The translations under genes were made by a program, and so were the position numbers. From the NCBI GenBank assembly GCA_964016885.1, contig OZ024741.1:340132001-340196000 (forward strand): a stretch of 64,000 bases of DNA, given 5' to 3'. Position 1 is the stretch's first letter. Each line of letters starts with the position of its first letter. This stretch comes from Eledone cirrhosa. Its lineage: Eukaryota. Below are positions 11,690 through 24,080 of the stretch, one piece after another. The notes under the pieces are model-generated. The model was not told the DNA's origin and made no database searches. It saw nothing but the letters and a program-made list of their open reading frames with translations.

Positions 11690-11760
11690 AAATATTTCGT
11701 ATCTCCAAAGAAATACGGTTTTAGGAAGCCGTAACTATGCAAACACCGGCAAGGGGGACA

Positions 11761-11804
11761 ACCGTCTATGCATTTCAGGCTTAACTGGCCTTCGTCAGGA
11801 CGGT
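11761..11804 (-). ncRNA. Minimal type-I hammerhead ribozyme
   Basis: accgtc-CTGACGA-aggccagttaagcct-GAAA-tgca-TA-gacggt; stems I and II perfect, palindromic stem III. Confidence 0.9.
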
Positions 11805-12094
11805 CCCTCCCACCGCTTGCGACTGCTGGACTAGAAGACAGGCGAGAATATATACTTTTCTCGTCTGTGTAAACGAGGTGATTAATCTCATTTGCATATA
11901 AAGCTGCATAAGTTGAAGTTGCGAAGGTCAACTCTTCATATCGGTAAATGTAATTCATTCATTCATACCAGCAGCATCTATTTTCAAATTCACTGCTTGA
12001 AGCTTCCCATCGACATTCTCAAGTGAAGATTCATGAACATTTTCTGTCAACAGTTTCATCGCTTTTCCATCTCCATTATCGCCTTTTTTTAAAT

Positions 12095-12236
12095 GTATCA
12101 TGGATTACTTTACTGATTAGAAAAGTAAGTGTAACACAGTCTTTGTTCAGTTTATGTGCATATTGTCAATTTACGTATCATATATTTACGTGCATATATA
12201 TTTGCACGCTATATATGCTAGCAGAAAACCACCCAA
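12095..12236 (+). mobile_element. Partial copy of a Helitron-like non-autonomous family
   Basis: Homologous to 50432-50600 (catggattac...gctagcagaaaaccaccc). Confidence 0.55.
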
Positions 12237-12359
12237 ATACACATTCTTTCACACAAACACATACATGCATTCACGCAAACACACATTCACACATACATTT
12301 ACACAAACACATGCATACATAGCGTTCGGTGAATTGGAAATGGGAGGGTAAAAGTATAA

Positions 12360-13085
12360 CTTTTTATTTATTTATTAACAACACAGTTTAACTCCCTTTT
12401 TTTTAAAACTCATTTGTATAAAAATTTAATATAATGGTTATAGAACGAAAACACTAACAAATATAATATATCAAAGGAAAGGGAAAGGAAAAAAGAAAGA
12501 GAAAAATACACAAGCACGTAATACACACATGTTAGACCACAGAACAATATGCAGGCGAAAGAATGGTAAAACGAGACGCTATCAGAGCAAAATATAGCAA
12601 TATAGCGAGAAGCACTGGGAAACCTCTCTAATAATTGTTTAAACAAGCCAGCACGCTCGCAGCGTTACCTGGGATAATGGCGTGGCTGAGGTGCTGGAAC
12701 AACCAAGTGCTCTCACGAGCATCACCAGTTACCTCTGTTTGGCGAGCCTCCAGTGAAGATAAGAACCTCGCTGTCAGTAGCCCAACTCCCCCAAACGTCT
12801 CGAACGCCATAGGCTGGATAATGTAGTTAGCTGACAGAACACGGTATTTTGGGTTCTGTTCCGTTCAGCTGCGGATGCTGTAGCTCACGCCCTTACCGCT
12901 GCATCCAGGATGTGGGAAGAAGCAAAAGAGTCACTAACTGTGACGTCCCAGGAGCACAAAGTAAGACCGTCAAGTCTTTTCCCATCAATTCTGGACAACC
13001 CAGACGGTTCCAAAATTGAGGGGATGTTTGCCCGGACCAAAGCTCTTGAGAGGTAATAGGACAGTGTGTGTATGTGCACACGCGA
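12360..13085 (-). mobile_element. Decayed CRE-clade 3' fragment with 3' UTR
   Basis: ILEPSGLSRIDGKRLDGLTL..WDVTV..MAFETFGGVG..WLFQHLSHAIIPGNAASV. Confidence 0.75.
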
Positions 13086-13239
13086 GTTTGTCGGTGTTCT
13101 TAAATTAGAGACATGTGTGTGTGTGTCACTGTTTTTAAGTTAGAGACATATATGTGTGTATCTCTTTCCTTCCATTTACACACATACATTCACACAAACA
13201 CACATACACATTGTGTGATGGACTGGTGGACAGAGGTCC

Positions 13240-13795
13240 CTCAAATTTATATACATGTAAATGGAGTTCAACTGAAGCAGTTAGAGAAGTTCAAGTATCT
13301 TAGAGCCGTGTTCATGAGTGCAGGAGGCTGAATTAAGTGCAAGAATTGCAGAAGCTGATGCAGTAATGCGCCAGCCTCAGTATTCAGCAATCAGAAGAAG
13401 AGGGTAGGTGTAAAAGCCAAACTCACTGTCTTCCTGGTATTCCTGCCAACTCTTACCGAGGTTCATGAATCTTCAATAATTACCAAAAGAATATAATTGC
13501 AAATAAAAGCGGCAGAAATGGGATTCCTCCAAAGGGTCTTTGGAGTAACGTTACTCGATGAAGTGCATAACTCAGGGACCAGAGAATCATTCCTGGTAGA
13601 GCTGCTACTTCTCCGAATTGAGAGATCACAACTCCGATATTATGAGCATGTGGTTAGAATGTCTCAATAAAGAATCGCTGGACAGGCCAAACCAACCGGC
13701 AAAATGTTTGCTTCTGACAGACTCGCTGGAAGGAGTGTTTGAGAAGGACTTTGCCCCCACGACCCTCTCAGAAATAAGTGGGCGAAGAAGAAGAT
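13240..13795 (+). mobile_element. RTE (Expander-like) 3' fragment
   Basis: IHVNGVQLKQLEKFKYL (RT end); ends gaaataagtgggcgaagaagaaga like 40252(-). Confidence 0.75.
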
Positions 13796-13899
13796 ATTGT
13801 CAATTTACTTTTCAATTTACATATATATATTTGCGTATAATACCAATATGCACACTACATATGCTAGCAGAAAACCGCCCGGGACAGTTTTTCTGCTAG
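13796..13899 (+). mobile_element. Helitron-like 3' end
   Basis: Terminal hairpin ctagcagaaaa...ttttctgCTAG|t, same as 50584-50622. Confidence 0.55.
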
Positions 13900-13907
13900 T
13901 TATATAT

Positions 13908-14085
13908 AATAATTGTTTCTACTTTTGGCACAAGGTCAGCAATTATCCCAGTGTATTACCGGTACTTTATTTTATCGACCCCGTAAGGATAAAAGGCAAA
14001 GTTAACCTCGGCGGGATTTGAACCATAAAGGGCCGTAAATCTTTGCTGCAAAGCATGGCCTCCGGCTCTCTACCGATATTGCCAA
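13908..14085 (-). mobile_element. tRNA-derived SINE
   Basis: A box tggcaatatcggtag, B box ggttcaaatcc, conserved core ttaactttgcct...ggggtcgataaaataaagtacc. Confidence 0.85.
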
Positions 14086-14719
14086 ATAATAATAATATAA
14101 ATAAGATATGGATAATATTGTATGTTACCCGATTACCAGTAAAACAAGTTGCTTAATGTAAAATATCAAGTATAATACAGAGCAGAAATACAACACAAAT
14201 AACAATCAAATTGTGTTTAAAACATTTAATAGCTTGTTTTCGAACCTACAATTCTGTACTCAATGCTTCAAAGCTTTCTATCCATGGGCTATATATTCTA
14301 TTGCATGAACATTATGACTAATATTATAAAAATGTTTGCCTAAAATCAATATCTTTTGATATTTATAATTTTTGATACCTACATTTATGCTTTCACAATA
14401 CCATTCTCTTAGCACTTGCATGTACTCTATTGTAATTAATATTTTTGATATAATATTCTTGCTAAAATATTCTTATTATAATTGTTTGCTATAAGTAATA
14501 ACGATATCCTTATATATAACATACAGCCCTAAATATTTATATTATAAATTTAATACAATTTTTCATTATAATATTTCATTACTATTTTTATATCTGCTCA
14601 ACTTTCTTATGCTCTTGCTCTTTAATATATTGGTGTTAACACTTATAATTAGTCTTCTCACCTATAATGTATCCTGCTAAATGTTCTAATGATTAGGAAT
14701 ATATTTGTTTTAACCTTTT

Positions 14720-14772
14720 ATATGCTCCGATGATTCCAGACCTATATCTTAATGAAACGATCGTAAACCATT
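14720..14772 (+). ncRNA. Degenerate hammerhead in a pLTR-like element (14100-14812; inverted repeat 14199-14232 vs 14769-14801)
   Basis: CCGATGA-ttccagacctatatcttaat-GAAA-cgatcg-TA. Confidence 0.45.
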
Positions 14773-14815
14773 ATATGTCTTAAACGCAATTTGATTGTTA
14801 TTTATGTTGCATATA

Positions 14816-14879
<64 letters not shown>

Positions 14880-14880
<1 letters not shown>

Positions 14881-15500
14881 CACGCATATGGCTTTGTCTG
14901 GCGTGTCCATACAGTGCTGAGCCGTTTTTTTTTTTGTCCTTTATGAACATGCCAGACAAAGACATGACGGTAATATAGACAACATAGAAATTAAATCCAA
15001 GCATAGAAATGACTCAACAGGTAGGCAAATCAGAGAAGCAACTGAGTTAGAACTAAGAAAACCAAAGTTAAACAGAAAGAACGAATGGAATAACAACAAC
15101 AGCCATACCAAACAAACAGTACTGACCTAAAGGCAATATAAATAAATAAATAAATATATACACAAGTACAATAACGACACACACATATAAACACACACTA
15201 GTGAACAAAGATAGAATACAAAAACTAAAACACATACACTCAAACACGACCACACACACCAAACATTAAATACACACGCAAACGCAGCGCAAACAGAGAC
15301 AAGAATAAATAAATAAATTAAATAAATAAAAATGGCGTAGGCATTACAATACAACGGGAGGAAACATAATAGTACCACTGATGATGTCGCAGATGTGTGA
15401 CGAAACAACTTTGATAGACTATATATATATATATATTTCTATCTGTATTGTTAACCGTTGGTCAATCAATGATAAACATTGATTACCAAATTAGTTTTCC
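14880..15500 (+). mobile_element. Penelope-like 3' fragment (GIY-YIG C-terminus plus pLTR) with a short inverted 5' piece
   Basis: YEHARQRHDGNIDNIEIKSKHRNDSTGRQIREA..KPKLNRKNEW matches the end of ORF 46809; 14880-14940 is an inverted ...SALYGHARQSH piece. Confidence 0.75.
15373..15416 (+). ncRNA. Minimal hammerhead (degenerate) in a Penelope pLTR
   Basis: acca-CTGATGA-tgtcgcagatgtgtgac-GAAA-caac-TT-tgat. Confidence 0.6.
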
Positions 15501-15688
15501 TTCTCCTAGAATTCTGCCTTGACAAAGGCTAAGGAGTCATATCTCCTGGTGATTTTGGATGGCCATTGACATACATACATACATACATACATACATACAT
15601 ACATACATACATACATACATACATACATACATACATACGTGTACCATCCGAGTCTACCTCGACTGTTGTGGAAAATACTATCGATAAT

Positions 15689-15874
15689 TGTTTCTACTTT
15701 TGGCACAAGGCGAGCAATTATCTCAGTGTATTACTGGTACTCTATTTTATCGACCCCGTAAGGATGAAAGGCAAAGTTAACCTTGGCGGGATTTGAACTC
15801 TGAACATAAAGGGCCGTAACTCTTTACTGCAAAGCATGGTGTCTGATCCTCTACCGATACTGCCAATCCAACGC
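15689..15874 (-). mobile_element. tRNA-derived SINE with 19-bp TSD
   Basis: TSD ggaaaatactatcgataat at 15670-15688 and 15875-15893. Confidence 0.9.
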
Positions 15875-15899
15875 GGAAAATACTATCGATAATGATAAT

Positions 15900-18800
15900 A
15901 ATCAAGAGAATAAACAATTGAAAATTTCCCTCAACGAAATCTTCCAGAGAGAAATTAATTCATGTATAAATATCTCTGTTGCTGAACGTATTAAAACGAC
16001 AATGTTTAATAAAAAAAAAACAAATAATGAAATATTACGTGTTATTGACGAAATAGGGGATGAATATTTACGACGGATAAAAACCCCAACATTTTGGCAA
16101 ATCAACGCCTTTTTATATGCCTTAGCAACGACAGTGAAGCATTATCTTGGTGACAGCAGAGATATTAACAAGAACAGAACAACACCAAAAATACCATCAT
16201 ATATAACTAAAATAGAAAAAAAAATTGCTGACCTACGAAAAACCATAGGATATGTGACAATGCTCCTTACATGCAAACAAACACAAAAAAAACTCATTCC
16301 TCACCAACAAAGAGTGAAAAATAAAATAGAGACGATGTTTGGTAACAGTAGAACCAGAACTCTTCAATATAAGCTGATCACCCTCAAACAAGAATTGAGA
16401 GCTGTTAGCGAATAACGCCGATACCTGAAGAAGGTAGGTGAGAGAAAAGTGCTTAATAAAAGATTCAGACGAAACCAAACATCAGTCTATAGAGATATGA
16501 AGGGCAAAATAATAAGTGTCACTGAGGCCCCATCTCAGAAAGATATAGATTTCTTTTGGAGCAAAATATGGGGTGAAAAGAAGAATTTCAACCAAGATGC
16601 AGTGTGGCTAAGAGAAATCCGAAAGAACTATTGCTCCTACACTACAACAAAATCATACGAAATAAGTGAGGGTACCGTTGAGACTCTGATAGGAAAACTC
16701 CAAGATAAGAAAACACCAGGAAGAGACATGATTGTCGCTACTGGTACAAAAAACTGATATTCTATCGGAGGTATCTTGTTGACCTCTACCAACAAGTTCT
16801 TAGGGGAATTACACTTATACCAGAATGGTTGACATTAGCACAAACATTACTGGCCCCCAAGAACAAAGAGACCCACTTGGCAAAAAACTACCGACATATT
16901 GCATGCCAGAACCTGATGTATATGATGTATACAGCCTGCCTGAACCTATTCCTCCAAGATCACTGTGAAAATAATAACATCATCACAGATGAACAAGCAG
17001 CTGGAAAGAAAGGGGTTTGGGGATGTGCTGAACAACTCCTAATCAACAAAACTGTGATGTCGGAGGTACGAGAACTTAGGAGGAATATGGCTACAGTCTG
17101 GCTGGACTACAGGAAAGCTTTCGATTCTGTTCCCCACTCTTGGATGATAGAGGCCCTCCAACTTGCTAAAGTCCCAGACATTATTGTCAGAGCCATAGAG
17201 AGGCTGTCTTCTTCTTGGGCTACTATCCTAAGGTTAAAGACAGAGAGGGTGGACTCTATTTTCATTGATAAAATAAAATATTGCAGCGGTATATTTCAGG
17301 GGGACAGTCTCTCTGTGATATTATTCATCTTGCCATTAAATCCCTTGTCCTTTCTGCTCAAGAAATGTAAGGGATACATCATTGGCTCACAGGATGACAG
17401 AAATACGAACCTAACCCATAATTTCTTTGTGGACGATCTGAAACTCTATGCCAAGAACATGGGTGGGATGAAGAAAAATCTTGACCTGGTTACAACGTTC
17501 TCAAAAGATATAGGAATGGAGTTTGGCCAAGATAAATGTTCATACATGACTGTAAAGCGGGGAAAAACAACAACCCAATCTAGAAACATTGTCATCAATG
17601 GCCTAACTGTTTCATTGATATCTGATGAGGACTGCTACAGATACCTGGAGATAGATGAGAACATATCCTATAACGGTATCTGTAATAAAAAACGCGTAAC
17701 GAGGGAATACTACACCCGATTAAGAAAGATCTGGTCATCGGAACTCTCTGCGCAAAACAAAACAGTGGCTCACAATGTGTTTGCTGTGCCTGTCCTAACA
17801 CCAACGTTTGGAATACTCAATTGGACGATAGACGAAATCCGAGGAGTTGATGTTGGAACACGAAAAATACTAAACAACACCGGAAACTTCCACATCAACA
17901 GTGACATGGACCGCCTTTACTTGAAACGTAAGCAGGGAGGCAGAGGCCTAACATCAGTCCAGACATTTGAATGTCGCATCATATCTCTCCGACAACATCT
18001 ACGAACCTCAAAGCGTAGGAGCCCGTTTCTCGAGCAAGTCCATCTGCATGAAACAGATAAGATCATGAGAGTTGCGAAGGAACTCCTCGAGAGATATTCC
18101 TTGTGTGATAATCAAAAACTCACACCCAGGGAAGTCGCTCAGCACTATCGCAGTGAGTCCATGGATGAAAAACTGCATGCTTATCAGCAAAACATCATGC
18201 ATGGATATGTTGCCAGGAAGCTCCAGAGTTAGAGTAATATAGATAAGGAAAGTAGTCTATCTTGGACCAATAACCGCTATATTGGATCCCACTTTGAAGG
18301 ATACGCTTTTGCAAACCAAGAACAGGTGATTAACACGAAATACCTGATTCACAAAAGAGATAGGGATGCAGGCAAAACACCTAGGTGTGATAACAAGTGC
18401 AGACTCTGCAGAACTAACATCGAGGATATCACCCATGTCATCAGCAGCTGTCCAAAGATGTTATCGTGGTACTATCTATCTATGAGGTATGATGTAGTGG
18501 CCAAAACACTGTACAATGCAATTCGTAAAAAAGATAGCCCCGATAATAAACACATTAAAAGCTACAGCAATGTGGAAGACATCCATGTGCATAATATGAA
18601 AGAGTACTGGTGGAATGTTACAGTAAAAACCCCAATAAAATGCAGGCATAACAGACCAGATATTATATGGGACAGGGAGAAGAAAGCATGCACAGTAGTG
18701 GAAATTAACTGCCCAGCAGATGCCAATATAATATCAAAGATTAGCGAAAAGGAGAATATTTATGCAGAACTAATGAGAAATCTGCTAATACTCCACCCTG

Positions 18801-19225
18801 ACTATACCTTCACATGTATGCATGCCTGTGATTATTGGGGCACTGAGGTATGTTAGTAACAGCCTCAATACAAATCTTGAGAAGCTAGGCTTCACAGCAA
18901 CAGAAAGAACACAACTAGTTAGGAAATTGCAAGTACAATCCATTAATTGAACAGTAAAAATATGTAAAACATTCCAAAAATGTTGCATCTAATAACTGCA
19001 TATACACATGTACAGATACAAAGCATATACACATGCACACATACAACTCAAAACATCCACATCCACACATACAATAACATCCATATCTACACATGCATGC
19101 ATGAATGCATACATAATCTACCTAGTTGATGTGTAAATTCCAATGAGAGAGTCTTGTGTCTATGTTAGAAACCGACTCTCTCTCTATTGGGAAAAAATTT
19201 GTGAAATTATAAAACCAGAAGAACA
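15900..19225 (+). mobile_element. R4/Dong-clade non-LTR retrotransposon (RT plus CCHC plus RLE), frameshifted
   Basis: WLDYRKAFDSVPH, GIFQGDSLS, FFVDDLK, RLYLKRKQGGRGL, CRLC..ITHVISSC, RPDI..VEINCP; 3' UTR hairpin near 19141-19190. Confidence 0.88.
16829..18232 (+). pseudogene. Reverse transcriptase segment of the R4/Dong element
   Basis: 467-aa ORF with RT motifs; flanking segments interrupted by stops and frameshifts. Confidence 0.85.
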
Positions 19226-19452
19226 TACATACATATATATATACGTTTAAATTTAGTGGTTTATCAATGCGTAGAATTGGTCACTCTGCAGTGTTAATCA
19301 TGACGTAATATGAGAAAAGCACTCGATGTTATGCAACTCATCCATCTTCAATGTTGAATCATGTTGGTGGTGCGGGAACGGAGTAAATGTATTCTAAAGT
19401 GAAATGACGGGAGCCCAAATATGTTGAATTTCCTTAATTCTTTATTGCTGTA

Positions 19453-19512
19453 AACAGTATGCACATTTCAGTAGCCAGGGTGCGAAAGAACCTGGTGACC
19501 TCATCAGGTGTA
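19453..19512 (-). ncRNA. Type-I hammerhead (weak stem I) in element 19245-19670
   Basis: CTGATGA-ggtcaccaggttctttcgcaccctggctact-GAAA-tgtgca-TA. Confidence 0.65.
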
Positions 19513-19665
19513 AATTGCGTAATAGATGTGATATTTGTCTTATTAGGTCCACCTAGCTGCCTTCCACTGCATATTGCACATTACGCTTTGGCTTCTAACT
19601 AATTCACCAATGTCTCTTCTCCTCTCCTATCTCCATCTCTCTCTTTAAGATTGGTTACTCTTGAA

Positions 19666-19711
<46 letters not shown>

Positions 19712-20119
19712 CAAAATAAGATGGTGAGGTTACATATATCATTTAATCATTATAATTATTTCCACGGTTTTCCATGCAATCGAGATGTCCTTCATCCAAA
19801 ACTACTAATATCTACTTGCACTCTCTCACTCATTTATTTCTTTATATTTTCCATTTCCTCATTTTCTTATTATATTTTAATGTACCCTATCTTTTATTTT
19901 ACTTTTTACTTTTTACTTTTTACTTTTTACATCTGTAACTTCTCTATCTATTTACCATACATGTTTTATTATTGATGTTATTGTTTAAATTATACGCTAT
20001 TTTATTATTGATGTTATTGTTTAAATTATACGCTATTTTATTATTGATGTTATTGTTTTGGTTTTACGCTGTTTTTTCTATATAAGTCTTGCCTCGAGTG
20101 AATTACTTTCATATCTACA

Positions 20120-20228
20120 TACTCTGATGTGTTGACCAGTGGTAAACAATGTATTGGAGATCGATTGACGCAACCTCAAGCGATTAGCGAACTCTAGACA
20201 CACCTGATCAACGAAACAATTGTCAGTA
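20120..20228 (+). ncRNA. Type-I hammerhead with a large stem-II insertion (core CTGATGT)
   Basis: tact-CTGATGT-gttgaccag...ctgatcaac-GAAA-caattg-TC-agta. Confidence 0.7.
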
Positions 20229-20442
20229 CTTTAAATAAAGCCCTTATTGTACAGCCAACCATGTTACTCTTCTTTCTTTAACTATTATTACTCCAAGTAT
20301 AACTTGCTTAGAAATTACCGCGATCTCGCTGCATAAGTATGGAAACATCTTTTTGAGTCAAACAAAGCCGTATGTTAAAACTATCCACGACACAGAGTAC
20401 TCACCCCTCTAACTGGATTACCTATAACGATAACTTATTATC

Positions 20443-20526
<84 letters not shown>

Positions 20527-20862
20527 GTGTGTGTGTGTAGGAGGTGAGTTTTATTGTAGTACAATAAAGCAATGCAGATATCGGATAAGTAGCACTCTAC
20601 AGTTTGTAGGACTGGAGTATAAATAATATATAAGATCAAAAGATGGTTAAAAGAGTTCCATGTATTTTATTATGCACATTTCAAAAACAAATATCATCAT
20701 GCAATAACATTTGCGTTTTCGTCAGATAAAATTTGACTTGGTGAGATGTGTGATTTTGGTCACCCTGCAGGACAAAAAACAAAGCCTGACAAAGGGTGGA
20801 AGAACTATATATATATACGTGTGTGTATATATGTATATACATGTATATATGTGTATGTATAT

Positions 20863-21120
20863 GCGCGGGCACATAGAAATAATCGGGCTGGACCCGATCA
20901 CGCAGTTAAACCATTAGGAGGGAAGGACCCCTAGCCTTTGTCACGGCATTCTTTTAGAAGACAACTCAGGAAACTGGGATAACTCCAACATAAAACCCGC
21001 GGCTCAGTAGTTACCGATGATGTTGATCCTTTCTTCTTTTCGGGTTATAGCTACTGTCGCTCAGAGACTGGGATTGGCTCAGTGCGCAGTCTTTCCTCAC
21101 TTTTAAAAAAATCTTCACGC
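20863..21120 (+). mobile_element. SINE-like repeat (second copy at 24081-24362)
   Basis: gcgcgggcacatagaaataatcgggctg...cagtctttcctcacttt shared with 24081. Confidence 0.75.
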
Positions 21121-21139
21121 ATTTTTATTCAGTCTCTGA

Positions 21140-21443
21140 GACTGAATAAAAATGGCGTAGCCATACAATTCAACAGGAGGAAACAATAGAACCACTGACG
21201 ATGTTGCAGATGTGCAACGAAAGATTTATGATAAACTATATACATGTGTTTGTGTCTATATTGTATCTGTATTATTTTTGACCGTCGGTCAGTCAATGGC
21301 AACATTGAGGACTGAGTATATTATATTATATTAGATTACCGATATAAAAGACACAGAAGCGAAAAGCGAAAACCAACCAAACAGTGAGTGTGTTCTGTTA
21401 TTAATTCTGGCAATATTACACAAATATGACCCTCCCCAAGTAT

Positions 21444-21450
<7 letters not shown>
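21140..21450 (+). mobile_element. Penelope pLTR fragment with minimal HHR (21191-21232)
   Basis: acca-CTGACGA-tgttgcagatgtgcaac-GAAA-gatt-TA-tgat; ends aagtataacaata(TA)n like 5626, 44866 and 46327. Confidence 0.7.
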
Positions 21451-21477
<27 letters not shown>

Positions 21478-21962
21478 TTTAGTACAGCATTGACGAAGCT
21501 TTAGAATACGGCCAAGCTAGCGTATATGCATAATCGGTCTGTAGTTTGAGCACTCAGATGAGGAAAGACCCCAGAGTAATAACATTACGTTCAGACAGCT
21601 TAGCAAATCAGATATAGCGGTCGGCAGTCCAGCTGCATCACTAGAGCAACGAAAATACAGGACCTAGGAAAAGATTTTATACTGACTCGGACACAGCAGT
21701 GAGGCTGAGTGCAAAATATATAACTTACATATATAGCATCCAACATCAGCGCTAAGTTCTGCAAATCCAAGATCGACAAATTCCTATTGCAGGAGTCTGC
21801 AATATATATATATTAACTGAACAAAAAGGAAAAACGAACACAGACATATATATGTTCGAATCGTAATGGACCAAAATCGGTAAGGTGAAAAAATACAAAC
21901 TACAGACTCAATTTAAGAATACATTAAGAAAAATAAATACAAACCAGTATTGTGGTAACTAC

Positions 21963-22049
21963 CATCAGCCACACGGTCTTTGATAGAACCGTTTCGCAAT
22001 ATTATTTGTGAAGAGAAATACCAAATTCCCGGCTCATCATTGGGTGATG
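21963..22049 (-). ncRNA. Hammerhead-fold RNA (core ATGATGA, GUG site)
   Basis: catcaccca-ATGATGA-gc...gc-GAAA-cggttctatcaaagaccg-TG-tggctgatg. Confidence 0.6.
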
Positions 22050-22502
22050 AAATTAGTATTCTCCTCACTTCTAAATCAAATAGAAAACTGGAAAGTGTGT
22101 GTATATATAACGCACATGGTTCCCCAACTTAGCGTGTCGCGCAGACTTACGCCACTAAAAATGTTTCACCTTAGCGATTTTGGTCCGTTACGGTTTGAAC
22201 ACATATATATATATATGTCTGTGTTCGTTTTTCCTTTTTGTTCAGTTATTTACGGCTCGGGAAAACCTTTTGCCTAGAGCTAATTTACTGTAATGAGACT
22301 ATTTTGAGTTTCTAACTCAATACAAGCTTTTGATATTCGGCTCCGTTAATTCGTAGAGCTATTTCAAATGTCGTGTAGACCCGGCTGCTATTTTTAGTGG
22401 CGTAAGTCTGCGCGACACGCTAAGTTCGGGAACCATGTGCGTTATATATACACACACTTTCCAGTTTTCTATTTGATTTAGAAGTGAGGAGAATACTAAT
22501 TT

Positions 22503-22589
22503 CATTACCCACTGATGAGCCTGGAGTTTGGTATTTCTCTTCACAAATAATATTGCGAAACGGTTCTATCAAAGACCGTGTGGCTAATG
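22503..22589 (+). ncRNA. Hammerhead-fold RNA with GUG cleavage triplet
   Basis: cattaccca-CTGATGA-gc...gc-GAAA-cggttctatcaaagaccg-TG-tggctaatg. Confidence 0.72.
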
Positions 22590-22845
22590 GTAGTTACCAC
22601 AATACTGGTTTGTATTTATTTTTCTTCATTTATTCTTAAATTGAGTCCAGCAAACCTTATTGTCTGTAGTTAGTATTTTTTTCACCTTAGCGATTTTGGT
22701 CTATTTCGATTTGAACACATATATATATATGTCTGTGTTCGTTTTTTCCTTTTTGTTCAATTATATACGGCTCGGAAAAACCTTTTTCCTAGAGCTAGTT
22801 TACTGTAATGAGACTATTTTGAGTTTCTAACTCAATACAAGCTTT

Positions 22846-22896
<51 letters not shown>

Positions 22897-22897
<1 letters not shown>

Positions 22898-23087
22898 CGA
22901 AGGAAATGTGGTAAGGAACCAGGTGGACCATAACGCACCAAAGTACTCAATACTTGAGGTAGTAGAGTGGGTAATAGGAACCAGTAAGACCCCGACAGCT
23001 GAGCTCAAGCCGTTTCGACGGCTAATTCTGGACCAGAATTAGCCGTCGAAACGGCTTGAGCTCAGCTGTCGGGGTCTTACTGGTTCC

Positions 23088-23090
<3 letters not shown>
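22897..23090 (-). mobile_element. pLTR fragment with a perfect 58-bp-arm palindrome (22974-23031 / 23033-23090)
   Basis: One-nt spacer; retains the 3' half of a hammerhead (GAAA-cggcttgagctcagctg-TC); family copy at 55775-55916. Confidence 0.85.
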
Positions 23091-23120
<30 letters not shown>

Positions 23121-23171
23121 ATAATGAAATGACAGGAGGCTGAATTTGTGTAAATCCTTGAAAGGTTTATT

Positions 23172-23229
23172 ATACTATGATCATTTCAATGACCGGGTTC
23201 CCTATGAATCCGGTGATATCATCAGGTAT
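23172..23229 (-). ncRNA. Type-I hammerhead (mirror copy)
   Basis: atac-CTGATGA-tatcaccggattcatagggaacccggtcatt-GAAA-tgatca-TA-gtat. Confidence 0.78.
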
Positions 23230-23356
23230 TCGAAATATAATAAGTGAATGTAATAGATAAAATCCATGGGGCTGAAAATCAAGGACCCGAGGGCGACCGC
23301 CATCCAGCATCTTCTACCTTTGCATACATACATACATACATACATACATACATACA

Positions 23357-23387
<31 letters not shown>

Positions 23388-23459
23388 GGCGGTCGCCCTC
23401 GGGTACTTGATTTTAAGCCCCATGGATTTTATCTATTACATTCACTTATTATATTTCGA

Positions 23460-23517
23460 ATACCTGATGATATCACCGGATTCATACGGAACCCGGTCAT
23501 TGAAATGATCATAGTAT
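23460..23517 (+). ncRNA. Type-I hammerhead ribozyme
   Basis: atac-CTGATGA-tatcaccggattcatacggaacccggtcatt-GAAA-tgatca-TA-gtat. Confidence 0.8.
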
Positions 23518-23913
23518 AATAAACCTTTCAAGGATTTACACAAATCCAGACCTGTCATGTCATTATAATATTTAACTCCGTAATAGCACCACCAACTACA
23601 AAAACAAAGACGGTTGAACTGCTTTACGTTGAGTACTCTCTATATTATTACATTGCGATTGACCATACGGAATTGACCAGCTCTATCCAGTGGTGAACCT
23701 CAAATCTGAATATATATATATATATATCCCTCCGTGGGGATGAAAGGCGGGGTTGACCTCGGCGGGATTTGGGCTCAGGGCGTGGAGAGCCATAACTCTA
23801 TGTTGTAAAGCAATTATAATAATACTGGACTGTAGTACGATCGGCTTCAACTATACAAACTCTTGAAAGTCAACAGTTGACATAATCTTGTAATCTTGTA
23901 TCAGTAATGACGG

Positions 23914-23957
<44 letters not shown>

Positions 23958-24080
23958 AAGTGAGTAGAGTAGCGTGTGTGTGTTTGTTTGTGTGTGTGAG
24001 TGTTGCTGTGTGCGCGCATATGTATGCGCGTGTGTGTATGTCGTACGTATAAGTGTCAATAAGTGATTTTTTTTTTTTTT

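Larger units (their letters stand above)
21812..22848. mobile_element. Non-coding HHR monomer array (516-bp period): inverted copy 21812-22161 plus forward partial tandem 22162-22848
   Basis: ttcaccttagcgattttggtc at 22165 and 22681; flanked by (TA)n; related to 6781-7998. Confidence 0.85.
23115..23710 (+). mobile_element. Fold-back pLTR element (arms 23115-23303 / 23386-23572, spacer with (CATA)n, 3' tail)
   Basis: Inverted repeat read directly; TA tracts on both sides. Confidence 0.85.

Noticed and set aside
17615-17665. CTGATGA within the Dong ORF
   Set aside because: Coding sequence; no HHR stems.
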